From: a virus
Taxonomy: Duplodnaviria > Caudoviricetes
Length of the DNA: 64,000 bases
IMG/VR virus record: IMGVR_UViG_3300013902_000009
Location: 1 to 64,000 of that record
Direction: 5' to 3' (one strand)
The first letter of the stretch is position 1. Every line of letters starts with the position of its first letter. Under the pieces are notes generated by a model. It saw only the letters and a program-made list of their open reading frames with translations, did not search any database and was not told where the DNA came from. A program made the position numbers and the translations under genes. Below, piece by piece: positions 56,197-64,000 of this stretch.

Positions 56197-57884
56197 TGGC
56201 AACAAATTGGGTAAAATTAAGTAAGAGCTCAGGCTCTATGAATGATTCAGTAACAGTTACAGTTAATGAATATACTGGACGTTCTGACCGTGGTAGTACT
56301 ATTACTGCAAAAACAGCAGGTGGTGCCACGGATACTACCTCTGTTACACAGAAAGGCAAAGCAGAGTTTATTAGCGTTGGTACATTGACTTATAATGCAG
56401 CAGCTAAAGGTAATAATTCTGATGGTTCTGATACTATACAGATTACTGGTACTGCTAATACTGCTAATATCAAAGTAGTAGAGGAAACTCTTAACGTATC
56501 TAATCCACTCTTAAGTGGTAGAATCATTGACAATGCTACATATAAAATTCAAGTCAATGCTGTTAATGATACCTCTTGGGATGGTGAAACAGATACTGGT
56601 ATTGATGGCGACCCCGGTAAGGATGCACAATATACATTTACTATTGATGTAACTATTCCTGAGAATAAGTCAGAGAAGACTAAAACACTTCAATTTAACC
56701 TAAAAAATGGTAATTCAAATGTTTCTACTGAAGCTATTACTATTAATCAAGCTGCTGGTAAGAAGACTTACGGTGATATTACACTTACAGTAGGTTCTTA
56801 TCAGCAGATTCCTGCTTCTGGTGGTACTGTTGATGCTCCTTCTATTTCATACTCTCAGCCTTGGGGTTGGAATGGCGCAACCTCAGGTGGTGGCACTATT
56901 ACTACAGGTGGTACTGTAACTTTTGCATTTGAAAACGAGGCAGTTGCTAGTGGAGATTATGAATGGACACTTAATCCTACTACAGGTGAAGTAGAAGGAG
57001 TTGATCAAGATAATTATGTGACCGAAATACATTCAAGTAATGTTATTATTTCAATTAATAGTAATGGTAAGATTGCATCTAAAACAGTTGCTGTAACACA
57101 AGAAGCTAACAAGGTTACTTATTCTGTTACAAACGTTACTCTTGGAGATACAACAGATATTCCAGCTTCTGGTGGTACAGTATCTTCTACTACAGTTACA
57201 GCTAAGGGTTCCAAGACTTATACATCTGGTTCTAAAGAAGAGAACATAACTCTTACTAATGGTTCTGATGATTGTGCTATTACTTGGAGTTCTGCTATTA
57301 CGGCTGCTTCACTTGGCACTACAGTCACTAATAGAACCAAAAAGGGCACTCTTACAGCTACAGTTGCTTGGAAGACAGCTGCTACCAATACTGGTTCCGT
57401 AGATGTATATCAGGCTGCTAACACGGCTACTTACAGTGACATCACATTTGATTCTGCCGTTACTACAACAGTATCACTTAAGGCTGATGGAACTCAAAGT
57501 CGCAATATGACTGATAACTCTAATGTTGGTGCTAAGCAGACTGTTACTTACACTTCTGGTGCTACTAGAACTGAATCTAGCTCTACTTCAAAGGTTGTAT
57601 TTAGCTTTACACCTACAGTTAAGACTGCTGCTACAGGATTCGCTTTATCTTCTGATGGAATTGTTTCTGTTGGTGCAAACCCGACAACTACATCAAGAGG
57701 CGGTTTTGTAGTTACGGTTGCTGTTGAAGGCGAGGGTGGCAAGACTGCTACTAGAGAATTTACATTTAATCAGCAAGGTAGTAGCTCTTATATTACAATT
57801 ACTCCTGATAGCCTCACATTTGCCGCTGCTGGTGAAGAGAAGACTATTACAATTGATTCTAATGACAGTTGGACTCTTGAATAA
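56196..57884 (+). CDS. BACON-like repeat fibre protein 1
   Basis: Starts with a C-half BACON (WVKLSKSSGS...R...VTQ), has IPASGG repeats, ends with an N-half BACON. Confidence 0.8.
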   Translation: MATNWVKLSKSSGSMNDSVTVTVNEYTGRSDRGSTITAKTAGGATDTTSVTQKGKAEFISVGTLTYNAAAKGNNSDGSDTIQITGTANTANIKVVEETLNVSNPLLSGRIIDNATYKIQVNAVNDTSWDGETDTGIDGDPGKDAQYTFTIDVTIPENKSEKTKTLQFNLKNGNSNVSTEAITINQAAGKKTYGDITLTVGSYQQIPASGGTVDAPSISYSQPWGWNGATSGGGTITTGGTVTFAFENEAVASGDYEWTLNPTTGEVEGVDQDNYVTEIHSSNVIISINSNGKIASKTVAVTQEANKVTYSVTNVTLGDTTDIPASGGTVSSTTVTAKGSKTYTSGSKEENITLTNGSDDCAITWSSAITAASLGTTVTNRTKKGTLTATVAWKTAATNTGSVDVYQAANTATYSDITFDSAVTTTVSLKADGTQSRNMTDNSNVGAKQTVTYTSGATRTESSSTSKVVFSFTPTVKTAATGFALSSDGIVSVGANPTTTSRGGFVVTVAVEGEGGKTATREFTFNQQGSSSYITITPDSLTFAAAGEEKTITIDSNDSWTLE

Positions 57885-57902
57885 GTCTAATATATATCCA
57901 AT

Positions 57903-57931
57903 GAATGTAGGGGATAAAATCCCCTACATTC
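57903..57931 (+). terminator. 13-bp hairpin (weak terminator or mRNA stabiliser)
   Basis: GAATGTAGGGGAT-AAA-ATCCCCTACATTC with an imperfect U-tract. Confidence 0.65.
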
Positions 57932-57961
57932 TATTATTATTAATAGTTAAACAAATTTATT

Positions 57962-60568
57962 ATGGCTAAACCTGCGTGGATAGAAATAATTAATGGCGCA
58001 TCTGGTAGTGGGTCTACAACTAGGACGTTAAAAGCAAAAGCTCATACTGGTAGGTTAAGTAGGTCAGGTTCTATTAAAGGCACTGTATCAAGTGGAGAAT
58101 CAGACACTGTTTCTCTTTCGCAAATTGGAGCAAACGAATTTATTAGTATTAATTTGCAATCGTATTCTGTTACAGCCTTGGGAGGAGTTGTAACAATTAC
58201 TGGTACAAGCAATTCTCCTTCTTTAAAGATAACCAATCTAAGTAATGCGAGCATTATTTCTAGCAGGTCTTTAAAGATAAATGGAACGACTTATACTTGG
58301 GATGGAGATTCATCTCATTTAATAGCAAACGACCCCGGTGCTGCTAATACGTATTCTTTTGAAATATCATTAAGTATAACTGAGAATCAAACCGAAAGTT
58401 CTAGGTCTACTTCTTTTTATTTGAGCGATTCTGGCTCAACAGTTGTTAAAACTAGTACTATATCTATAACTCAAGCTGCTGGTGTTAAAACCTATGGAAC
58501 AGAAGATTTTACTCTAAATTATAATATTTGGGATATTCCAGCATCTGGTGGAACAGCAAGTTGTATATATTCATTCACAATCCCTTGGGGTTGGAATGGC
58601 AAAACGTCTGGAGGAGGTACACTAACACAAAATGATGAGCATACTATAGAGTTTAATTATAGAGATGACGGTCCAGATTATCCTTTTGATTGGAGTTTAG
58701 ATAGCAATACAGGAGATATTACAGTTGCTAGTCTAGGAACAAATGAGACTACTAGCAGTAGTGGTAATATATATATTCAAGCTACTGTTACTATACAGGG
58801 TAAGACAATTTATGCAGAAGATTATGTTGAACAGCAAGCTAATGAAGTTTCCTATAGGTTAGGTGATATAGAATTATCAGTTGATGATATTCCCGCATCC
58901 GGAGGAACAGCTAGCGTTAATTTTATATCAGGAATTGGTTATACTAATTATTCTTCCGGAGAATCATCAACAACCTCTCTGTTTAGTAGTAGTGATGTTT
59001 CTATTGACCATAATGATGTATCTGCAGATAATCTTGGTACCACAGTAAAGAGTAGAACTAAAGTAGGAACTCTTAATGTTATAGTTACTTGGAATGGTGT
59101 TACAGAATTCCCAAGTCTTGATGTATATCAAGAAGCGAATAAGATAGAAAATACCACTTATGAGGGAGGAGAAATTACTTATGAAGATGTTTCTATTGGA
59201 GAAATTACAGATGGATATATACCAGCATCGGGAGGAACGGCTACCGCTACAGCGGGAGATGGAAGTCAAAGTTGGTCACGTACAAGTGAAACTAAAATTA
59301 ATCATTATACATCTGGAGAACGTGAAGAACTTTTACACGATTTTGCTAGATCGGGTACTGATAAAATATCACCTTCTGTAGATTCTATTAAAGCTGTAGC
59401 TGCTTCAAGAGGAACTACTGTTGGTTCAACAATAACTTTAAAAACTCAAACTGTTACTTGGATTGGAGAAGGAGGTTTATCTAAGTCTGGTGTCATAGTT
59501 ATATATCAAGAGGAAAACAAGGTAGAAGAAACTTCAACAGAAGGAGGCAATGTTAGTTATTCTGACTTAGTAGCTGGAGATATTACAAATGGTATAATTC
59601 CTGCATCTGGTGGAAGTGCAACTGCAACGGCTGGGAAAGGAAGTGTAGTGAAAGCGATAGAATCTACATATAATGTAAATACATATACATCTGGTTCCAT
59701 AGACAGAGTTTTAGCTAACGCAGGTTCTTCTGAAACTATCGAAGTAGAGCCTTCTGTAAGCTTAATTTCCGCTACTGCTTCTTCTAAGGGTACTACCATA
59801 TCAGAGCAAACAGTTGTAAAATCACAAGATGTTACTTGGGAAACAGGTAATTTGTCTGTTTCTGATAATATGTATATTTATCAAGAAGCAAATACAAAAT
59901 CTATTTCTGAACTAAAAACCAATATAGAAACGTTAAATGTTCCAGCGGAAGGTTGTACATATTCATTGCAAGAAATAATAAATCCATTACAATATTATGT
60001 TTATACATCTGGAGAAAAGAAAGAAATAACTCCGATGTGGTTCGGATACGAGCAAGGAGCAAATAGTAATACTTATAATTTCATTACTATAGAATATAAC
60101 AATATTAGTTTTGGCGAAAATGATGGAGATGCTAGAAGTGGTGTAGTTACTATTACAGTTAACACTATAGATGAAGATGGTATTGTAGATTATTCTAGTA
60201 TTATAGATGTTGATATATCATTTATTCAGGAAAAAAAGCTTAAAAAACCATCAATGGTTATAGACCACAATGAGTTCTATGCAAATGGAAATTTAACATT
60301 TGATAATAATACAACTATTGCGATACTTAAAGTTACAGATAATGATAATGCTGGATGGTCAATACATCCATTTTCACAAGGAGCATGGTTATTAATAGAT
60401 TCTTCGTCACTTGTTATTTCTGGTACAGGCGCAAGTGTTATATCTGTTACTGTAAAAGTAAATGAAACTCTTGAAGATAGAAATGGTAATATATCCCTTT
60501 ATAGCGGAGAAGATCAAGTCGATAGCGTATCCGTTACGCAATTAGCAATTTCTAAAATTAATCTATGA
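57962..60568 (+). CDS. BACON-like repeat fibre protein 2
   Basis: Starts with a C-half BACON, has four IPASGG repeats, ends with a complete BACON-like domain. Confidence 0.8.
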   Translation: MAKPAWIEIINGASGSGSTTRTLKAKAHTGRLSRSGSIKGTVSSGESDTVSLSQIGANEFISINLQSYSVTALGGVVTITGTSNSPSLKITNLSNASIISSRSLKINGTTYTWDGDSSHLIANDPGAANTYSFEISLSITENQTESSRSTSFYLSDSGSTVVKTSTISITQAAGVKTYGTEDFTLNYNIWDIPASGGTASCIYSFTIPWGWNGKTSGGGTLTQNDEHTIEFNYRDDGPDYPFDWSLDSNTGDITVASLGTNETTSSSGNIYIQATVTIQGKTIYAEDYVEQQANEVSYRLGDIELSVDDIPASGGTASVNFISGIGYTNYSSGESSTTSLFSSSDVSIDHNDVSADNLGTTVKSRTKVGTLNVIVTWNGVTEFPSLDVYQEANKIENTTYEGGEITYEDVSIGEITDGYIPASGGTATATAGDGSQSWSRTSETKINHYTSGEREELLHDFARSGTDKISPSVDSIKAVAASRGTTVGSTITLKTQTVTWIGEGGLSKSGVIVIYQEENKVEETSTEGGNVSYSDLVAGDITNGIIPASGGSATATAGKGSVVKAIESTYNVNTYTSGSIDRVLANAGSSETIEVEPSVSLISATASSKGTTISEQTVVKSQDVTWETGNLSVSDNMYIYQEANTKSISELKTNIETLNVPAEGCTYSLQEIINPLQYYVYTSGEKKEITPMWFGYEQGANSNTYNFITIEYNNISFGENDGDARSGVVTITVNTIDEDGIVDYSSIIDVDISFIQEKKLKKPSMVIDHNEFYANGNLTFDNNTTIAILKVTDNDNAGWSIHPFSQGAWLLIDSSSLVISGTGASVISVTVKVNETLEDRNGNISLYSGEDQVDSVSVTQLAISKINL

Positions 60569-60627
60569 GGAATTGTATAATATTTGTTTAAACAGAATGA
60601 GTAACTTGTTACTCAAAAATTATTTAG

Positions 60628-60668
60628 AATCCCTTACTGGAATATCTCCAGTGGGGATTTTTCATTTT
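60628..60668 (+). terminator. intrinsic terminator
   Basis: AATCCCTTACTGGA/TCCAGTGGGGATT stem followed by a U-tract. Confidence 0.7.
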
Positions 60669-60704
60669 ATATGAGTAACGTTATGCATGCAATAATCTAT
60701 TCTA

Positions 60705-60712
60705 TAACTTTG
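60705..60712 (+). promoter_or_regulatory. Bacteroidota -7 element TAACTTTG
   Basis: Upstream of the cassette at 60757. Confidence 0.65.
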
Positions 60713-60756
60713 CAATCGTAGCTACAAATTAAGTTTAACACTAAAATGTATTTATT

Positions 60757-61647
60757 ATGGCAGAGGATTCAACAAAAACTTATGTATTCGGGCAGGATAG
60801 CTCGTTTGGTATGCTTGGAATGCTTGCACCACTTCTACAACAGAGAGGTATAGACCCTTCCGTATTAGCTTGTATGAAGAATAATAACAACGGATTCGGT
60901 GAAGGCGGTTGGTTTATGTGGATTATCTTCCTTTTCTTCCTTATGGGATGGGGAGGTAATGGTTGGAACGGACGCAACGGCAACCAATCAGAATGGCTTG
61001 CAAGCCAACTAAACAATGATTACGGCAGAGACGTATTGCTTCAGGCAGTAAATGGTAACGGTAACGCTGTTAGCCAGTTGGCTACAACACTTAATTGTGA
61101 CATTAATTCCGTACAGACGAGCCTTAACAATATCAGCAACGCAGTAGGCATGAATGGACAACAGATTATCAACTCACTACAGATGGGTAATAATCAGCTT
61201 GCTTCACAGTTAGCTCAGTGCTGCTGCGAGAACAAATTGCTTGCTACACAGCAGGGTTACGAAAATAGGATTGCAACTCAGGAGCAAACATGTACACTTG
61301 GAGGTAAGATAGATAATAGCGCAAATACTATAAGCTCTCAGATTGCTGCTCAGACTACTTTCCTAAGTGATAAATTCTGCGATTTGGAGAAAAGGGAAAT
61401 GCAAAGCAAGATTGACGCCTTAAGAGAGGAAAGGTCAACATTGTTAAGCAATATCAATAATGCTCAGCAAACAGCAGCGATACAGCAATATGTTGCAAAC
61501 GTTGTGGCTCCTATAGCAGCTGATGTTAACGCTATTAAAGCTGCACAGCCTCCTACTGTAGCGGTACCTTATCCGCAACTTACGGCTGTACCTTCTGTTT
61601 ATGCAGCTAATCTTTATGGTTATAATACACAAGGTTTGTGGGCTTAA
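60757..61647 (+). CDS. Gly-flanked TM, N/Q-rich coiled-coil protein with CCC motif
   Basis: GFGEGGWFMWIIFLFFLMGWGGNGW...LAQCCCENK...KID.LR. Confidence 0.8.
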   Translation: MAEDSTKTYVFGQDSSFGMLGMLAPLLQQRGIDPSVLACMKNNNNGFGEGGWFMWIIFLFFLMGWGGNGWNGRNGNQSEWLASQLNNDYGRDVLLQAVNGNGNAVSQLATTLNCDINSVQTSLNNISNAVGMNGQQIINSLQMGNNQLASQLAQCCCENKLLATQQGYENRIATQEQTCTLGGKIDNSANTISSQIAAQTTFLSDKFCDLEKREMQSKIDALREERSTLLSNINNAQQTAAIQQYVANVVAPIAADVNAIKAAQPPTVAVPYPQLTAVPSVYAANLYGYNTQGLWA

Positions 61648-61664
61648 CAATTGGAGGAGAGGAT

Positions 61665-61997
61665 ATGCTTAACCAATATCTTTTTTATAGCAATAGAAGC
61701 GGCATACCTCGCATAGAGACGGAATCAGTTACTGTTGGCACATCAAGCGTTGACTTTACCGTTACTTCAAGAAAAATATTTGGTAATCAATTTAGTGGAT
61801 TGATTCTAGTGAAGATGTCGCAGGCTATACCTTCGGGTACTACAACTACTTTACCAATAACATTAACTTCGGCTTCCGGTATAAAAAACATAACTACATA
61901 TAATGGAGCTAATATAACTGTTGCTGATTTTAAAGGAGTAGGTATATACGTTATGTATTATGATTCAAATACTGGTGTATTACAACTAGTAGGATAA
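61665..61997 (+). CDS. beta-rich hypothetical protein
   Basis: NRSGIPRI...AIPSGTTTTLPI...G.GIY...YD...GVLQL. Confidence 0.75.
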   Translation: MLNQYLFYSNRSGIPRIETESVTVGTSSVDFTVTSRKIFGNQFSGLILVKMSQAIPSGTTTTLPITLTSASGIKNITTYNGANITVADFKGVGIYVMYYDSNTGVLQLVG

Positions 61998-62023
61998 ATG
62001 TTTAACTAAAAATAAAAAGACAG

Positions 62024-62551
62024 ATGTTCCAGTCAGTAAGACAAAATAGTCAGGTATATTTACTCCATAAAGGAGATAATCCTTATGTTGAGATTGGCAC
62101 TATAACTTCTGTTCCACAGATAAAGCCAAAATATACTATACCTCAAACATTTGGTCAAAACGAAATGATTGTTAATCTTACGGTTAATGTAAATGGAGTC
62201 AATCATAATTTTAAGGATTTGCCTTCTAACCTTGATATAGCAGATGTCTATATGGGTGCAGATTGCGTATCTATATCCGATAGTAGAGATGCAATCAATA
62301 GTGAAGTACTATCGCTTAAGAAGAAAAGTATGGATATTATAGATAGTTATGAAAAACATAAAAGTTTAATTTCTGTTTATGATAATATACTTAAGGATAT
62401 AAATCCGGAGTTTGCTGAAAGACAAAATCAACGTGAGGAGATTGAGTCGCTAAAAGCAAGAATCGTATCTATGGAGAATAATACAAATCAATTACTTGAG
62501 ACTAATAAGCTTCTGCTTGAACGTCTGTCTAAATTAACAAAGGAGAACTAA
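62024..62551 (+). CDS. hypothetical protein with a C-terminal coiled coil
   Basis: MFQSVRQNS.VY.LHK...NPEFAE. Confidence 0.8.
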   Translation: MFQSVRQNSQVYLLHKGDNPYVEIGTITSVPQIKPKYTIPQTFGQNEMIVNLTVNVNGVNHNFKDLPSNLDIADVYMGADCVSISDSRDAINSEVLSLKKKSMDIIDSYEKHKSLISVYDNILKDINPEFAERQNQREEIESLKARIVSMENNTNQLLETNKLLLERLSKLTKEN

Positions 62552-62554
62552 ATT

Positions 62555-62740
62555 ATGTCAAGAATGTGGGAAATACGTGAGAATGCTACACGCTCAAGAA
62601 GGAGTGGAAGAAATGTAAATGATGTCGATTACGACGACGAAGATGATGATGACTCTTATGAGTGTGGTTATGATGACGGTTATAGAGCTGCAATGAAGGC
62701 TATGGGACGCAAGCGCTCAAGGCGAGGCGAAGTCGAGTAG
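62555..62740 (+). CDS. small charged protein
   Basis: MWEIRE...YECGYDDGYRAAM. Confidence 0.7.
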   Translation: MSRMWEIRENATRSRRSGRNVNDVDYDDEDDDDSYECGYDDGYRAAMKAMGRKRSRRGEVE

Positions 62741-62744
62741 AGTT

Positions 62745-62785
62745 GGAGGGGTGGGTTAGATTTAACTTACCCCTTCTTTTTTTTT
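62745..62785 (+). terminator. intrinsic terminator
   Basis: GGAGGGGTGGGTTA/TAACTTACCCCTTC stem followed by U9. Confidence 0.75.
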
Positions 62786-62804
62786 ATTCTTTAATTGGTT
62801 CAAT

Positions 62805-63218
62805 ATGGGAATGAGATTGGATTACAATGCTAAACTTCCATCTGGCATGGAAGAATACATAGAGTCTTACGGTTGGCATTTCTCTAAGAGGATGTGTGAC
62901 TGGGCGTGTTCAAGAATGTACAAAAGCATAAATGGTAAAAAAGAATATATTAATCCATATACAAAGGACTGGGTCGAGCAGTTATTGCGTAATTGGTCTA
63001 TTAGTATAGACTCAGCTTATATATATGATGCAATATATATAGCTAATATGTGCAAGGCTGACTTTTTCGGTTCTAGTATATCAGACGACCAACGTTTAGC
63101 ATATTATGTTGGTGACGTAATAAATGACGCTGATGGGTATGATGGTATGGTTTTTACTAGATTCTATGCTGATTGTATAGGTAGTGGTACCCCTATAAAC
63201 TGGGAGGATATGATTTGA
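62805..63218 (+). CDS. conserved hypothetical protein
   Basis: YGWHFSKRMC.WA..M...YIANMCKADF...D.DG...WEDMI. Confidence 0.8.
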   Translation: MGMRLDYNAKLPSGMEEYIESYGWHFSKRMCDWACSRMYKSINGKKEYINPYTKDWVEQLLRNWSISIDSAYIYDAIYIANMCKADFFGSSISDDQRLAYYVGDVINDADGYDGMVFTRFYADCIGSGTPINWEDMI

Positions 63219-63245
63219 TTTAGTTATTTGTATTGTTTATATTTG
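63214..63245 (+). promoter_or_regulatory. Bacteroidota promoter
   Basis: TTTG-20nt-TATATTTG. Confidence 0.7.
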
Positions 63246-63264
63246 TCAATAAATCTTTTTCGAC

Positions 63265-63570
63265 ATGATGAAAACCTTGCGCAGCGGATTGTGCTGTATC
63301 ATCAACGAGATAGATAGTGGTAATTCTGAGCTTTCAAAGAAAGACGAGGAAACCTTATCTACTTTGATTAAACAGTTTGTAAAGACTGATCTTCCAATGA
63401 GTAAGTATCAGGCATATCATTATTTAAATGTAAGTAGAGCTACATTTGATAGACTTGTTAAGGAGGGCAAGATTGTGTCGGGAAGGAAATTGATTGGCTT
63501 TAAGGAGAAGGTTTGGTATAAAAGAGACCTTCTCCATATAAATAATACAAGAAATGGAAATCAAAGTTAA
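63265..63570 (+). CDS. excisionase-like HTH DNA-binding protein
   Basis: MSKYQAYHYLNVSRATFDRLVKEGKI..GRK..GFKE..W. Confidence 0.75.
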   Translation: MMKTLRSGLCCIINEIDSGNSELSKKDEETLSTLIKQFVKTDLPMSKYQAYHYLNVSRATFDRLVKEGKIVSGRKLIGFKEKVWYKRDLLHINNTRNGNQS

Positions 63571-64000
63571 ACGTGTTAAAAAGACAGACAAGGTGACTAT
63601 TGGTACATTAAGTATCAATGGAGTGTACGTGTGTGATACACTTGAAGATAAAGATAGAGGATTGAAATCTACTGATAGCCTTATAGATATAAATAAGGTT
63701 AAAGTAAAATCCGAAACCGCAATACCTTTTGGTAAATACAACGTGACACTTAAAGTAAAATCGCCTAGGTTTTCATCAAAGCCTTACTATAATAAGTTTT
63801 GTGGTGGGTTCCTACCTAGGCTACTTGATGTCAAGGGGTTTAGTGGAGTGCTAATTCATCGAGGAGTTAACGAAACGCATACAGAAGGTTGCATACTTGT
63901 TGGTAAAGCTTCTGGTAATATACTAACAGATAGCCAAAGGTGTTTTGAGAATCTGTATAAACAACTCAAAACAGCATCAGATAAAGGCGAAATGATTACA
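63554..64000 (+). CDS. DUF5675 (L,D-transpeptidase-like) putative endolysin, truncated by the window end
   Basis: TIGTL...CDTLED...ETAIP.GKY...PRLLDVKGFSGVLIHRG....TEGCILVG. Confidence 0.85.
   Translation, partial: MEIKVKRVKKTDKVTIGTLSINGVYVCDTLEDKDRGLKSTDSLIDINKVKVKSETAIPFGKYNVTLKVKSPRFSSKPYYNKFCGGFLPRLLDVKGFSGVLIHRGVNETHTEGCILVGKASGNILTDSQRCFENLYKQLKTASDKGEMIT

Noticed and set aside
63265-63570. Prophage excision module
   Set aside because: Excisionase-like HTH only; no integrase, att site or host genes in the window
1-64000. Stop-codon reassignment, as found in some crAss-like phages
   Set aside because: Long genes are open in the standard code, TAG and TGA both end genes at sensible places, and no suppressor tRNA is seen

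Overview
A 64-kb segment of a crAss-like (Crassvirales-type) phage of a Bacteroidota host, read in the standard genetic code. Two gene blocks diverge from a structured non-coding region at about 30.6-31.2 kb. The left block (minus strand) holds small early genes, tRNA-Ile(UAU), an SF2 helicase, a DnaB-like helicase split by a group I intron, an AAA ATPase, two SSBs, primase, a complete ubiquitin-like conjugation cassette (Ubl, E2-like, JAB, E1/ThiF), nucleases, dUTPase, an aspartyl protease, a divergent family B polymerase, DUF3310, a ThyX-like gene and the start of a giant protein. The right block (plus strand) holds a RepL-like gene, two tRNAs, HU/IHF-like and GroES-like genes, terminase with an Ala-initiated class 3 intein, portal, fibre proteins (one ending in a DGR-type variable region next to a truncated template-repeat relic), spanin- and holin-like genes, three genes whose BACON domains are split across gene boundaries, a six-gene cassette of unknown function and a DUF5675 lysin. 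The best candidates for new biology are the phage Ubl-E2-JAB-E1 cassette and the split-BACON chain. All family calls come from motif recognition by eye; no searches were run.
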